Assembly: GCA_045656885.1 (NCBI GenBank)
Contig: JAZORZ010000071.1
Location: forward strand, 2,509 to 66,508
DNA: 64,000 bases
From: Eubacteriales bacterium
GTDB lineage: Bacteria > Bacillota > Clostridia > Oscillospirales > CAG-272
Direction of reading: 5' to 3'
Below are positions 24,878 to 35,789 of the stretch, piece after piece. Made by a program: the position numbers and the translations under genes. Position 1 is the first letter of the stretch. Every line of letters begins with the position of its first letter. The notes under the pieces were generated by a model. The model saw only the letters and a list, made by a program, of their open reading frames with translations, did no database searches and was not told the origin of the DNA.

Positions 24878-26311
24878 TTACACTTCTCTATACATCTGCA
24901 AATACTGTTGCGCCGAGGTATTCCAAGAGAAGTCGGTTGTCATAATTTTGTGTACGAGTTTTTCGCGCATCTCGGGGGTGTTCCAAAGGGCGATGGCGGC
25001 TTCGGTTCTCTCCTTGAGCTCGGCGGCACGGTAATTGGCAAAGGTAAAGCCGTTGCCCATTATTTTGTCGCCATCCATCCAGAAGGGCTTGATGGAGTCG
25101 TAAAGTCCGCCCGTTTCGCGCACAACGGGAATTGCTCCGTAGCGCGATGCGATCATTTGCGAAAGTCCGCAGGGCTCGCTCTTCGACGGCATCAAAAAGA
25201 TGTCGGTTGCCGCATAGATGCGTTTGGAAAGATCGCGGTCATAGGTGATGAGTGCGCGCACCTTTTCGGGGTATGCCGCCTGCAATGTGAGGAACATCTG
25301 CTCGTATTTTTCCTCTCCCTTACCGAGCACGATGAGTTGAACGTCATTGTCTCTTACGATGCTCCAAATGCATTCGGTAACAATGTCAAGACCCTTGTGC
25401 GAAGCAAGACGGGAGATGATAGAAAGCAGCGGTACGTCATCTCTTTCGGGCAGTCCTGCCTCTTTTTGCATAGCCGTCTTATCCTTGGCCTTTCCTGCCA
25501 TATCGTTGGGGGTAAAGCTTGCCAAAAGAACGGGGTCGCCCTCGGGATTGTAGTAGGTGTAATCAATGCCGTTGAGAATGCCGCGCAGCTTGTGGGCATT
25601 CTTTTGCAAACAGTACTGAAGACCGTGTGCGTACTCGGCGGTTTGGATCTCCTCGGCATAGCGGGGGCTGACCGTGGAAACCGCATCGGCACACTCGATG
25701 GCCGCCTTCATCAAATTGATGCAGCCGTTGTAGTCCATCAGCGAACGGTGCTCCTCGCCAAGCGCGAAAACGTCACCGAGAATAAAATGATCGTATTTGC
25801 CTTGGTACTCGATGTTGTGAATGGTGAAAACGGTTTTGATGTTTGCAAACTCGGGCAGCGTGCGATAGAAACAGTTGAGATAAACAATGGAGAGTGCCGC
25901 TTGCCAATCGTGTGCGTGCAGAACATCGGGATAGTAATTCAGATGGCGCATGACCTCGGGAATTGCTTTGCAAAAGTAAGCATACCGCTCGCCGTCATCA
26001 AAAAAACCGTAAAGTGCGGGACGCTTGAAATAGTATTCGTGATCGATAAAGTAATAGGTCACGCCATCCTTTTGTAAGCTGTAAACACCGCAATATTGCT
26101 GACGCCATGCGAGAGAGACCGTAAAAACGGCTTCTTGCTTCATTTGTGCGCGCCATTTTTCATTCACCGCTCCGTAAAGAGGGAGAAAGACCGAGACCTC
26201 ACATTCACCGGTAGCTGCAAGAGCCGCGGGGAGAGAACCCATTACGTCGCCAAGTCCACCCGTTGCGGCAAAGGGCATCGCCTCCGCGCCAACGAATAAA
26301 ATCTTTTTCAT
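24878..26311 (-). CDS. glgA: glycogen synthase
   Basis: ORF trimmed to ATG 26311. MKKILFVGAEAMPFAATGGLGDV.., PSKSEPCGLSQM. Confidence 0.95.
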   Translation of the reverse strand: MKKILFVGAEAMPFAATGGLGDVMGSLPAALAATGECEVSVFLPLYGAVNEKWRAQMKQEAVFTVSLAWRQQYCGVYSLQKDGVTYYFIDHEYYFKRPALYGFFDDGERYAYFCKAIPEVMRHLNYYPDVLHAHDWQAALSIVYLNCFYRTLPEFANIKTVFTIHNIEYQGKYDHFILGDVFALGEEHRSLMDYNGCINLMKAAIECADAVSTVSPRYAEEIQTAEYAHGLQYCLQKNAHKLRGILNGIDYTYYNPEGDPVLLASFTPNDMAGKAKDKTAMQKEAGLPERDDVPLLSIISRLASHKGLDIVTECIWSIVRDNDVQLIVLGKGEEKYEQMFLTLQAAYPEKVRALITYDRDLSKRIYAATDIFLMPSKSEPCGLSQMIASRYGAIPVVRETGGLYDSIKPFWMDGDKIMGNGFTFANYRAAELKERTEAAIALWNTPEMREKLVHKIMTTDFSWNTSAQQYLQMYREV

Positions 26312-26364
26312 AATTGTTTGTTTGTCCTTTCTTTCGGTTTTGGCTATTGGAAAGTGCAAAAGCC

Positions 26365-27498
26365 CTAAACCGTTGCGCCCTTGTCGATAAAGAAGGGCAT
26401 GGTTTCGTGACCGGAGAGGGTTCTGCCCTCTTTGATAATAACGTTTTTATCTGCCACTACGCAATTAAGATTTACGTTGTCGCCAACGTAAGTATCCTGC
26501 AAAAGGATGCAATTTTTTACAACCGCTCCCTTGCCTACGTGTACGCCACGGAAGATGATGGAATTTTCTACCTCGCCCTCAATGGTGCAACCATCGGCGA
26601 TCATGCTGTTGCTGATCTTTGCGGTGCTATCGTATTTGGTGGGCGCACTGTTGCGAACCTTGGTAAAGATCTGGCGATCACGGTTTGCAAACAGGTCGGC
26701 ACGAACGTCATCTTCAAGCATCTTCATGGAAACATTGAAATAGCTCTCAAGCGAGGTAACAGACGCACAGAAACCGTCATAGATATATGCGCGGATGTTC
26801 TTCTTTTTGAGCTGACGTGTGATGATATCGTTGGAAAAGCTTGTGTAGCGATGCGCGATAGAATCGGAAACGATGTTTTGCAAATCGGCACGGCTCACAA
26901 CCATCAGATTGGTATGTGCATAGTAGTTGCCCTTTGTGGGAGCGGTGTAAGAGAGAGAGGTTACGCGACCTTCTTCGTTAATGCCGAGCACGTCGGCGTT
27001 GTGGCCGAAGAGAGAATCCTTGGCGTTGACCTTTTTGGCAACCAAGGTAATGTACGCCTCGTTGCGAATGTGGTCCTCAACAACGGCAGAAAGATCGATG
27101 TTCATGATCACGTCGCAATCGCTGAGCACGATATAATCCGCTCCGCAACGGTTGATAAAGTTAACAGAGCCCATCAATGCCTCAAGACGGCTCTCATAGA
27201 GCTTACCTGCGGCGTGGTTTTCAAACGCGGTTACGTAAGGGGGCAAAATTTTGATACCGCCCGAGCGGCGCGCGAGGTCCCAGTCCTTGCCGGCACCGAT
27301 GTGGTCCATCAAGGATTGGTAATTATAGTGGGTCACAACGCCGACGGTGTTGATGTCGGAGTTGACCATATTGGAAAGCGGAAAGTCGATAAGACGGTAG
27401 CGGCACGCAAAAGGAATGCTCGCCGTTGTGCGGCGTCGCGTCATTTCGGGAAAGCCCTGGTCTTGCTTGTTGGAAAAAATCAAACCTGCAACTGTCAT
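26365..27498 (-). CDS. glgD: glucose-1-phosphate adenylyltransferase subunit GlgD
   Basis: 377 aa. ADP-Glc pyrophosphorylase fold without the GGxGxRL loop; LbH C-terminus. Follows glgC as in Bacillota. Confidence 0.9.
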   Translation of the reverse strand: MTVAGLIFSNKQDQGFPEMTRRRTTASIPFACRYRLIDFPLSNMVNSDINTVGVVTHYNYQSLMDHIGAGKDWDLARRSGGIKILPPYVTAFENHAAGKLYESRLEALMGSVNFINRCGADYIVLSDCDVIMNIDLSAVVEDHIRNEAYITLVAKKVNAKDSLFGHNADVLGINEEGRVTSLSYTAPTKGNYYAHTNLMVVSRADLQNIVSDSIAHRYTSFSNDIITRQLKKKNIRAYIYDGFCASVTSLESYFNVSMKMLEDDVRADLFANRDRQIFTKVRNSAPTKYDSTAKISNSMIADGCTIEGEVENSIIFRGVHVGKGAVVKNCILLQDTYVGDNVNLNCVVADKNVIIKEGRTLSGHETMPFFIDKGATV

Positions 27499-27512
27499 AG
27501 TCCTCTACCTCC

Positions 27513-28697
27513 TTAAGATTCAGAGAGCATCGCGCCCGGGGCAACGACCTCACCTGCTTTGATTGTAACGTCGGCACCGACAACGGCGATTTGTGCACCG
27601 CTCTCGCGAGATGCGCCAACGATTGCTTTTTTGCCGATGGTAACCTTTTCGTCAAGAATGGCATAACGAACAACAGCGCCATCCTCAATGGTGGTGTCGT
27701 TCATGATCACGCTATCCTCAACAACGGCACCCTTGCCAACCTTTACGTTGGCACCGAGCACGCTGTTCTTTACCGTGCCGTAAATTTGACAGCCGGCAGT
27801 AACAGATGCATTCTCGACAACCGCACCCTTTGCGATGTATTGCGGGGGCTGCGCCGAGTGGCGGCTGTAAATTCTCCACGCCTCGTCAAGGAGCGAAAAT
27901 GCGGGAGCATCGCCCAAAAGGTCCATGTTTGCTTCCCACAAAGATTGAATGGTTCCAACGTCTTTCCAGTAACCCTCAAAAGAGTAGGACATCATCTTCT
28001 CGCCCGATGCAAGCATGGTGGGAATGATGTTCTTGCCGAAGTCGTTGGCGGATTCGGGATCATCGTTATCTGCTTTGAGGTATGCCTCAAGCTTATCCTT
28101 GGTAAACACGTAAATACCCATAGATGCCTTGGTGCTATCGGGATTCTTGGGCTTTTCGGTAAATTTGAAGATAGAGCCATCCTCACGGGTGCTCATAATA
28201 CCAAAGCGGCTTGCTTCCTCGATCGGTACATCAAGCACGGCAATGGTGCAAGCTGCACCGCTCTTTTTGTGCTGCTCCAGCATTTTTGCATAGTCCATTT
28301 TATAAATGTGGTCGCCCGAAAGAATGAGCACGTATTTGGCATCGTAACGGTTGATGAACTCCATGTTCTGCCAAATCGCGTTTGCCGTTCCGCGGTACCA
28401 GTCGGCTCCGCTCTGCCCTTGATAGGGTGCAAGAATTTGAACACCGCCAAAGCGACGGTCAAGATCCCATGCGAGTCCGTTACCGATATATTCGTTGAGG
28501 AGCAAGGGACGGTATTGGGTAAGAACACCTACGGTATCTACACCCGAGTTGATGCAGTTGGAAAGAGGAAAATCGATGATGCGGTATTTGCCGCCAAAGG
28601 ATACGGCAGGTTTTGCGGTTTTTTGGGTCAGTGCGTAGAGTCGGCTGCCTTGTCCTCCTGCCAAGAGCATGGCAACACATTCTTTTTTCTTGAACAT
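27513..28697 (-). CDS. glgC: glucose-1-phosphate adenylyltransferase
   Basis: ORF 27513..29057 trimmed to ATG 28697 behind [40 protein letters not shown]. Confidence 0.95.
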   Translation of the reverse strand: MFKKKECVAMLLAGGQGSRLYALTQKTAKPAVSFGGKYRIIDFPLSNCINSGVDTVGVLTQYRPLLLNEYIGNGLAWDLDRRFGGVQILAPYQGQSGADWYRGTANAIWQNMEFINRYDAKYVLILSGDHIYKMDYAKMLEQHKKSGAACTIAVLDVPIEEASRFGIMSTREDGSIFKFTEKPKNPDSTKASMGIYVFTKDKLEAYLKADNDDPESANDFGKNIIPTMLASGEKMMSYSFEGYWKDVGTIQSLWEANMDLLGDAPAFSLLDEAWRIYSRHSAQPPQYIAKGAVVENASVTAGCQIYGTVKNSVLGANVKVGKGAVVEDSVIMNDTTIEDGAVVRYAILDEKVTIGKKAIVGASRESGAQIAVVGADVTIKAGEVVAPGAMLSES

Positions 28698-28723
28698 AGT
28701 GTGCGATTCCTCCTTTGTGTGAT

Positions 28724-30682
28724 TTATATAATTGTTTTTTTGTTTCTTGTTTGCTTTATCTTTTTCAAGATCACCGCGCCCATGGGGGGTAAGGTGATAG
28801 ACACTGCGTGCGTGTAGCCGCGCGGCATCTGGCATTTTTTGGCGGCAAGAATACCCTCGTTGAGGTTTCCTTCTCCACCAAACTCGGCGGCGTCGCTGTT
28901 GAAAACCTCCTCGTACTTGCCTGCCTTGGGCACAGCAGCAAGAAAGTTCTCCCTTTTTACGGGTAAGAAGTTGAGGAAAACAACGAGCTCCTCGCCGTTT
29001 TTGGCGATACGTCTGTAAGATAGAATGCTCTCCTGATTGTTGTCGGGATCGATCCATTCAAAGGATGCAGGGCCCTCGTCGGCATTCCAAAGCTCGGGGT
29101 GCTCCAGGTAGAAGCGGTTGAGACGGGAGACGAACAATTGGTACTTGGCGTGCATATCATAGTCAAGCATGAACCATTCAATTCCGTTGTCATAATCCCA
29201 TTCGCGGAAGACGCCAAGCTCCGAGCCCATAAACAGCAGCTTTTTGCCGGGGTGCGTCATCATATACGTAAGATACGTGCGTGCGCCTGCAAACTTGGTC
29301 TCGTACTCGCCTGCCATTTTATCAAGCAGCGATTTTTTGCCGTGCACTACCTCATCGTGCGAGATGGAAAGAACGTAGTGCTCGTCAAAGGAATACATAA
29401 TGGAGAAATTCATTTTGCCGTGGTGATAGGAACGCCACAGAGGATCTTCCTTTACGTAGGAAAGGGTATCATTCATCCAACCCATGTTCCATTTGTAAGA
29501 GAAGCCGAGACCGTCCTTTTCAAAGCCCGTGATCTGCACGATAGCGGCGGATTCCTCGGCGATGGTCATCACGTCCGGATAATTGGCGGCAAGATAGCGG
29601 TTCATTTTTTGGAAGAATGCGATTGCCTCGAGATTGCGGTTGTCGCCGTATTGATTGGGCAACCACTCGCCGGGGGCTTTGTCGTAATCGAGATAGAGCA
29701 TTGCCGCCATGGCATCTACACGAAGCGCATCGATGTGATATTCGCGCAGCCAATAAACGGCGTTGGAGATGAGAAAGCTCTGCACCTCCTCGCGGCCGAG
29801 GTCAAAGCAACGTGTGCCCCAGCCCTTGTGCTCTTGGCGATCCCAGCCCTGATATTCGTACAGGGGTTGTCCGTCAAACTCATAAAGGCCGTGCGCATCC
29901 TTTGCAAAGTGCGCGGGGACCCAGTCAAGAATAACGCCAATGCCTGCCTCGTGCATGGCATCTACAAACGCCATAAAATCCTTGGGGCTGCCGTAGCGCG
30001 CAGTGGGTGCGTAATATCCGCAGACCTGATAACCCCACGAGCCATCAAAGGGATATTCGCTGACGGGCATCAATTCAACGTGTGTATACCCCATCTGCTT
30101 GAGATAGGGTGCGAGGTCGCTCGCGGTTTCGGCATAGGAGTAATAGCTGCCGTCGTCGTGTCTCTTCCAAGAACCGAGATGCAGCTCGTAAATATTGAGC
30201 GGTTGCGAGAGATATTTTGCGCGACTGAAGTGCGTTTTGCGGTATTTTAACCAATCCTCATCGCGCCAAGAATAGCCGCTGATGCTGCAAATGAGAGATG
30301 CGGTTTCGGGCGGACGTTGCATCGAAAAACCGTAGGGATCGGCTTTGAGAAGCTCTTTTTCCCCGTTGCGAATGCAGTATTTGTAGCACTGTCCCATTTG
30401 CACGCGGTCAAGCGGCAAGGTCAGCTCCCAAATGCCTGCCTCGGTGACGCGAGACATCGGATCCGCATCGCCGTTCCAACCGTTAAAGTCGCCGCACACC
30501 GAAACAAAGTCGGCATTTGGTGCCCAAACGCGGAATGCTACGCGGTCCCCCTCAAAATGTAAGCCAAGATATTCGTATGCTAAAAAATTAGTGCCCTGAT
30601 GGAACAGATACGCCGCCATTTCGGTGCCTTGTGTCATCTGCTTTTTTGTGCACGTTCCTTTTTTCACAAACTTCCCTCCCAT
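28724..30682 (-). CDS. glgB: 1,4-alpha-glucan branching enzyme
   Basis: GH13 motifs: [36 protein letters not shown]. Exact start uncertain (ATG 30682, GTG 30667 behind GGGAGG, or ATG 30637). Confidence 0.95.
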   Translation of the reverse strand: MGGKFVKKGTCTKKQMTQGTEMAAYLFHQGTNFLAYEYLGLHFEGDRVAFRVWAPNADFVSVCGDFNGWNGDADPMSRVTEAGIWELTLPLDRVQMGQCYKYCIRNGEKELLKADPYGFSMQRPPETASLICSISGYSWRDEDWLKYRKTHFSRAKYLSQPLNIYELHLGSWKRHDDGSYYSYAETASDLAPYLKQMGYTHVELMPVSEYPFDGSWGYQVCGYYAPTARYGSPKDFMAFVDAMHEAGIGVILDWVPAHFAKDAHGLYEFDGQPLYEYQGWDRQEHKGWGTRCFDLGREEVQSFLISNAVYWLREYHIDALRVDAMAAMLYLDYDKAPGEWLPNQYGDNRNLEAIAFFQKMNRYLAANYPDVMTIAEESAAIVQITGFEKDGLGFSYKWNMGWMNDTLSYVKEDPLWRSYHHGKMNFSIMYSFDEHYVLSISHDEVVHGKKSLLDKMAGEYETKFAGARTYLTYMMTHPGKKLLFMGSELGVFREWDYDNGIEWFMLDYDMHAKYQLFVSRLNRFYLEHPELWNADEGPASFEWIDPDNNQESILSYRRIAKNGEELVVFLNFLPVKRENFLAAVPKAGKYEEVFNSDAAEFGGEGNLNEGILAAKKCQMPRGYTHAVSITLPPMGAVILKKIKQTRNKKTII

Positions 30683-30776
30683 GTCAAAAATTCAAACAAT
30701 GGTAGTATATCCAAAACGCGCCGTGCTATCCCAAATCTTCTTGTTTTACGGCTTGGCGCAAGGTTCTCCATCTTCT

Positions 30777-30805
30777 ATTTTATCATATTTTTTTGTCGTT
30801 GTCAA
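30777..30805 (-). promoter_or_regulatory. sigma-A type promoter of the glg operon
   Basis: The minus strand reads TTGACA-17 nt-TAAAAT. Confidence 0.55.
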
Positions 30806-30894
30806 TGCGCCGTTGGCACAAATTCATCGCTTTATAATAAGAAAATCTATTATATATCTCCCGCGTGCGCGAAAAAGCGACAACAGCCGTCAAT

Positions 30895-31401
30895 TTACGA
30901 GCCGACTTCCCCTTTGTTGCCGCTCTGCCACCACACCACCCGGGCGGTGATGTTCTCCCCCAAAAAGGATAGCGGCTCCCCTTTGGGAGAGAGCGTCAAC
31001 GTGCCACCCGATGGGAAAGCAAGCACAGTGTTCTCCTCCACTCGTTGCACGCTTTTGGCTTCTTCTTTTGGTAAAAACGCGGTAACGGGTCGCAAAAACC
31101 CCGCCACCTCAGAGGTATCGCAGACATACCTCACATTCCTCAAGAACACCTCACACCGCTCCCCCTCTGCCTCAAGCACAAGACCGCAAAGGGATGCGGG
31201 TGCAAGGTATTCCACACGCACGGGAGAACCGCCCTCCCCTATTTCCAAAACGGCGCAAAACGCTATGCCGCTCATCTCTCCCTCAACCTCGCCGCGCCCT
31301 CCTGACACGATGTAGCCCGCATTGCTTCGAGCGGGTGTACACCCAACCGCCAAGGACGACATCACTACGACAAGCAATAGCAAAAAATGTCGAATTTTCA
31401 T
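30895..31401 (-). CDS. hypothetical lipoprotein
   Basis: ORF trimmed to ATG 31401 behind GGGAGGAAAAG. MKIRHFLLLLVVVMSSLAVGC lipobox. Confidence 0.65.
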   Translation of the reverse strand: MKIRHFLLLLVVVMSSLAVGCTPARSNAGYIVSGGRGEVEGEMSGIAFCAVLEIGEGGSPVRVEYLAPASLCGLVLEAEGERCEVFLRNVRYVCDTSEVAGFLRPVTAFLPKEEAKSVQRVEENTVLAFPSGGTLTLSPKGEPLSFLGENITARVVWWQSGNKGEVGS

Positions 31402-31485
31402 TTCTTTTCCTCCCAATATTTGCACAAAACGCGCTTTCTTATAAGTATTTTTATGAGAATTTTTGAAAAAGATGCAAAAAAGGGA

Positions 31486-31514
31486 TTGCAATATTTGTCT
31501 TATAATGGTATAAT
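31486..31514 (+). promoter_or_regulatory. sigma-A type promoter of alr; contains a copy of the 13-mer GCAATATTTGTCT
   Basis: TTGCAA-17 nt-TATAAT. The 13-mer is at 31488-31500. Confidence 0.6.
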
Positions 31515-31547
31515 AGATGCAGTATTTTGAAAGAAAGGTGGAACGCC

Positions 31548-32774
31548 ATGGAAGCATTCTCTCGCACCCCCGCAAAACCCCAACCGAAATATCCTTGGTT
31601 TACCTCAACCAAGCGCGCCGAGATCGACATTGGCGCTCTGCAAAACAACTATCGCGCTTGCTTGGAAAAGCTCCGCCAAATCACACCGAATGCGCGTATT
31701 CTAGCTGTGGTTAAGGCCGATGCCTACGGGCACGGCTCCAACACCTGCGTGTGGGCGCTCGAAAATGCCGGTTGTGACTTTTTTGCGGTCTCCTGCCTCG
31801 AAGAGGCCTATCCCGTCCGTGACCAAGCAAAGCATGCCGATATTCTGGTTCTCGGTTACACGGCTCCGCAATTTGCAAGTGAATTAACCAAGCACGGTCT
31901 TATTCAAACACTCCTTTCCCACGACTATGCACGCGAGCTTGCCGAGGTGGCAAAAAAAGAAAAGCTCGCCCCCCTGCGTGTTCACATTGCGGTTGACACG
32001 GGCATGGGGCGCATCGGCTACCCCGCCCGCACCGAACAAGAAATTGACGATACGGTAAAAAAGATTCTTTCACTCCGCGATGAGGGCGTGTTTGAGATTT
32101 GCGGAATGTTTACCCACTTTGCGCGCGCCGACGAAGGGCTTGCGACCTCAAAAGAAAAAACAACGCTGCAGGCAACGCGCTACCGCACACTCAAGAAAAA
32201 GCTTGAAGAGAGCGGCATGATCATTCCCTTTCACCACGTGTGCAACAGTGCGGCGGCACTGACACGCCCCGGCGACATTTTTGACGGCGTGCGCCTCGGC
32301 CTTTGCCTCTACACGCCGCCCACGTACACGCCAAAACGCCTGAAGTTGCAACCCGTTATGCATCTTTCGGCAGACGTGGTGCACATTCAAACGATTCCCG
32401 GAGGTGAATCGGTTGGCTACGGCGGTCGGTTCACCGCACTCAACGATACCCCGATCGGCGTGCTCCCTATCGGTTATGCCGACGGAATCCCCCGCTCGCT
32501 CAGGGGCGCGACACTTTCTATCAAAACCGAAAAAGGCACATTCCCCGTTAAAATCATCGGCAGCGTTTGCATGGACCAATGCATGATCGACCTCTCGGGC
32601 ATTGACGCAAAGGTTGGAGATCGCGTCAACTTTTTCGGCCACACCCCCACAGCTCTTTCGGCGCTTGCCGAACACGCAGGCACAATTCCCTACGAGCTGC
32701 TTTGCGCAATCTCCCTGCGCGTTCCCCGCAACATCATCTGCCCGGAACAAAACGAAAAGAAAAAAGAGGATTGA
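31548..32774 (+). CDS. alr: alanine racemase
   Basis: AVVKADAYGHG (PLP lysine), ..GYADG... Start ATG 31548 behind AAAGGTGG. Confidence 0.9.
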   Translation: MEAFSRTPAKPQPKYPWFTSTKRAEIDIGALQNNYRACLEKLRQITPNARILAVVKADAYGHGSNTCVWALENAGCDFFAVSCLEEAYPVRDQAKHADILVLGYTAPQFASELTKHGLIQTLLSHDYARELAEVAKKEKLAPLRVHIAVDTGMGRIGYPARTEQEIDDTVKKILSLRDEGVFEICGMFTHFARADEGLATSKEKTTLQATRYRTLKKKLEESGMIIPFHHVCNSAAALTRPGDIFDGVRLGLCLYTPPTYTPKRLKLQPVMHLSADVVHIQTIPGGESVGYGGRFTALNDTPIGVLPIGYADGIPRSLRGATLSIKTEKGTFPVKIIGSVCMDQCMIDLSGIDAKVGDRVNFFGHTPTALSALAEHAGTIPYELLCAISLRVPRNIICPEQNEKKKED

Positions 32775-32777
32775 AAA

Positions 32778-33503
32778 ATGAAACGATTTGTAAAAATATC
32801 TTCCCTGTGCATTGTTATCACCTTGATCATCACAATGCTTTGTGCACCCGTAAATGCGATTGGTAACACCGCAAGCAAACAAATTGTTGGACACGGCTCA
32901 GTCAGCGACGGTATTGGAAAACACACCACGGTGATTGATTTTGCGAGCTCTGACCTTGGCGGCTTTGTTCCTTTTGCCGGAACCGAGCCCCTGAACTTTG
33001 GCGCATCTGCCGTTTGGGGAACCAACGTGCTCAAGACCCCGCTTTCTTCCTCACAAAACGGGGTAGGTATTAAAAAGACCTTTGCCGACGCATCTGCTTT
33101 TGCGGGCGCTACCACCCTTTCGGTACAACAGGTAGCACAGGCATCTGCCTACACGCTGACCCTGCACCTTTCGGGCATTGATAAAAACAATACCCCCTTG
33201 ACCTTTGTAGCAACCGTTGCTGCCACCACAAATCAATGGCAGACTGTTACCTTTGATATTTCCCCCTTCTTGTCTCTTGTCAACGAAAACGCCCCCTTGA
33301 CGCTTTCGATTGTGGTGGCTACCGATGTCGGGGCCAATTCCGGTGCCGAATGGATGGTCAAGTCCATTTACGTATGCGCACCCCAAACCGTTCCCGAGAT
33401 TCTTCTCCCGATTGCAGCGGCCGTTTGCGGTTTTGCGGTTGGGTTTGCCATCTTCTTTGTGATTTATCGCACCATGTGTAACAAAAAACGCCGCGCACAC
33501 TGA
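32778..33503 (+). CDS. hypothetical secreted protein with C-terminal membrane anchor
   Basis: Signal peptide (..CAPVNA), beta-rich middle, C-terminal TM + KKRRAH. Confidence 0.6.
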   Translation: MKRFVKISSLCIVITLIITMLCAPVNAIGNTASKQIVGHGSVSDGIGKHTTVIDFASSDLGGFVPFAGTEPLNFGASAVWGTNVLKTPLSSSQNGVGIKKTFADASAFAGATTLSVQQVAQASAYTLTLHLSGIDKNNTPLTFVATVAATTNQWQTVTFDISPFLSLVNENAPLTLSIVVATDVGANSGAEWMVKSIYVCAPQTVPEILLPIAAAVCGFAVGFAIFFVIYRTMCNKKRRAH

Positions 33504-33516
33504 GAGGATCGCTGAT

Positions 33517-34353
33517 ATGTCATTGAACGTAAAATACGAGCACAAGCTGCAGGACATTGCGTTTTTGAGTGGACATCGCATTCAATACATACCGCACCTG
33601 CACCGCGAATTGGAGCTCATATGTCTTTTAGAGGGTGACGTGATCGCCTATGCCGATTCGGTTCGCTACGAGCTGCACGCGGGCGATATTTTCCTCACCT
33701 TCCCAAATCAGATCCATTCCTATGAAAAGGTAACGGAAGAAACACACGTCGGCTTTATTTTTAAGCCCGATCTCTTGCCCGAGCTGATGGAGACATTTAC
33801 CATTGGCACACCTACCTCGCCTGTCATCACGGGGGCGGCAAACGATCCGCGCATTCGCGCGCTGATCGACGCTCTGACCGATACGATCACACGTGAGGAC
33901 TTCTCACACGTTTCCGAGCTTCGCCGCGGCTATCTGTTGGCCCTGTGTGCTGAGCTTATCCCCATGATGAAGATTTCCAAGCTCCCTTTGGGAGATTCGG
34001 AATCCTTACGCACCATCGTTTCCTTTTGCACCCAAAACTATGCCGAGAACCTTTCTCTTTCCCTCTTGGAAGAAAAGCTCCACCTGAACAAGTTTTACAT
34101 TTCTCACTTGTTCAGCGGACGACTCGGCTTGGGCTTTAACGACTACATCAATTCCCTGCGCGTTTCCGAGGCCTGCCGATACCTACTCAACTCCTCGCTC
34201 AGCATCACAGAGATCGGCTCTCTGGTCGGTTTTAACACGCCGCGCACCTTTAACCGCGCATTTATCAAGCAGTTGGGGCTTTCCCCCTCGGAATACCGCA
34301 AGCAGCGTATGCCCGAGATGCGCGCACACGTCAAACGCCTCTCCGAGGAGTAA
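33517..34353 (+). CDS. AraC-family transcriptional regulator (cupin + HTH)
   Basis: N-terminal cupin-like HLHRELELI..GD.F, C-terminal ..ITEIGSLVGFNTPRTFNRAFIKQLGLSPSEYR. Confidence 0.85.
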   Translation: MSLNVKYEHKLQDIAFLSGHRIQYIPHLHRELELICLLEGDVIAYADSVRYELHAGDIFLTFPNQIHSYEKVTEETHVGFIFKPDLLPELMETFTIGTPTSPVITGAANDPRIRALIDALTDTITREDFSHVSELRRGYLLALCAELIPMMKISKLPLGDSESLRTIVSFCTQNYAENLSLSLLEEKLHLNKFYISHLFSGRLGLGFNDYINSLRVSEACRYLLNSSLSITEIGSLVGFNTPRTFNRAFIKQLGLSPSEYRKQRMPEMRAHVKRLSEE

Positions 34354-34438
34354 AACGCGCAACCACGACACCCTGTTTGTCGCACATGTCTTATTAAAAA
34401 GAAAAGAATAGCAATATTTGTCTGATTGGAGAAATAAT

Positions 34439-35680
34439 ATGAGCCAAATTAAGGATATTAAACTCGCACCTTCGGGCGCGGACAAGATCGCATGGGTTGC
34501 CTCTTATATGCCCATTCTCAACTCTGTAAAAGAAGAATTTGAAAGAACAAAACCCTTTGCGGGCAAGAAGATCTCGATGTCGATCCACCTGGAAGCCAAG
34601 ACCGCATATCTTGCAAAGATCCTGCGTGCGGGCGGCGCCGAGGTTTGGGTAACGGGCTGCAATCCCCTTTCTACTCAGGATGACGTTGCGGCGGCTCTTG
34701 CTGCCGAGGGCTTCGAGGTCCACGCCATTCACGGCGTATCGATGGAAGAATACGTCGAGCACCTCAAAATGACACTTTCCTGCTGCCCCGATCTCATCAT
34801 CGACGACGGCGGCGACCTCATCTCGCTCCTTCACAGCGAATGCCGCGAATACGGCAAAAACTTGATTGGCGGTTGCGAAGAAACCACCACGGGTATTCAC
34901 CGTCTGCTCTCCCGCGAAAAAGCAGGGCTGCTTGACTACACGATGATCGACGTGAACGACGCCGATTGCAAGCATTTGTTTGACAATCGCTACGGCACGG
35001 GACAGTCGACACTGGACGGAATCATGAACGCCACCAACCTGATTATTGCCGGCAAGACTGTTGTAATTGCGGGCTACGGGTGGTGCGGAAAGGGCTTTGC
35101 AATGCGCGCAAAAGGCATGGGCGCGGTTGTAATTGTAACTGAGGTCGACCCCATTAAAGCCATTGAAGCAACCATGGACGGCTTTACCGTTATGCCCATG
35201 GACGAAGCCGCAAAATACGGCGATTTGTTCGTTACCCTGACCGGCTGCGCGGATGTTCTTGTAAAGCGTCATTTTGAAACCATGAAGGACGGTGTTCTGC
35301 TTGCCAACAGCGGTCACTTTGACGTAGAAATTAATAAGGATCACCTTGCAGAGCTTGCAACCGAGATTTGGGAACGCAAGCCCAACATTCGCGGTTACCG
35401 CATGGCAGACGGCCGCGTGCTCAATCTGCTTGCCGACGGCCGACTTGTCAACCTTGCAGCAGGTAACGGCCATCCCGCCGAAATTATGGATATGTCCTTT
35501 GGTATTCAGGCAAAGAGCTTGGCATACCTTGCCAAGAACGGCAAGAGCTTGGATAAAAAAGTTTACGCCGTTCCCACCGAGATCGACCGCGAGGTCGCCC
35601 TCATCAAGCTCAACTCCACGGGCGTGAATATCGATGTTCTCACCCCCGAACAAGAAGAATATCTCGCTCGCGTTGAGTAA
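34439..35680 (+). CDS. ahcY: adenosylhomocysteinase
   Basis: ..CNPLSTQDDVAAAL..IIDDGGDL..GGCEETTTG..VIAGYGWCGKG.. (NAD site). Confidence 0.95.
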   Translation: MSQIKDIKLAPSGADKIAWVASYMPILNSVKEEFERTKPFAGKKISMSIHLEAKTAYLAKILRAGGAEVWVTGCNPLSTQDDVAAALAAEGFEVHAIHGVSMEEYVEHLKMTLSCCPDLIIDDGGDLISLLHSECREYGKNLIGGCEETTTGIHRLLSREKAGLLDYTMIDVNDADCKHLFDNRYGTGQSTLDGIMNATNLIIAGKTVVIAGYGWCGKGFAMRAKGMGAVVIVTEVDPIKAIEATMDGFTVMPMDEAAKYGDLFVTLTGCADVLVKRHFETMKDGVLLANSGHFDVEINKDHLAELATEIWERKPNIRGYRMADGRVLNLLADGRLVNLAAGNGHPAEIMDMSFGIQAKSLAYLAKNGKSLDKKVYAVPTEIDREVALIKLNSTGVNIDVLTPEQEEYLARVE

Positions 35681-35789
35681 ACCAAAGCCACGTATATTTT
35701 TCTTTTATTTCCTTATTTGTTATTTATTTACAATAGCAATATTTGTCTTGTTTTTGTTTTGAGTTCAAAGTTGAAGGAGTTTCCTCTCG

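Noticed and set aside
28698-29057. 120-aa N-terminal extension of the glgC ORF, plus analogous upstream extensions of tmcAL, yfcC, glgA, NERD, DUF4363 and the 31401 lipoprotein.
   Set aside because: The extensions overlap upstream genes or intergenic repeats and lack an RBS. Internal ATGs preceded by GGAGG-type sites coincide with the conserved N-termini.
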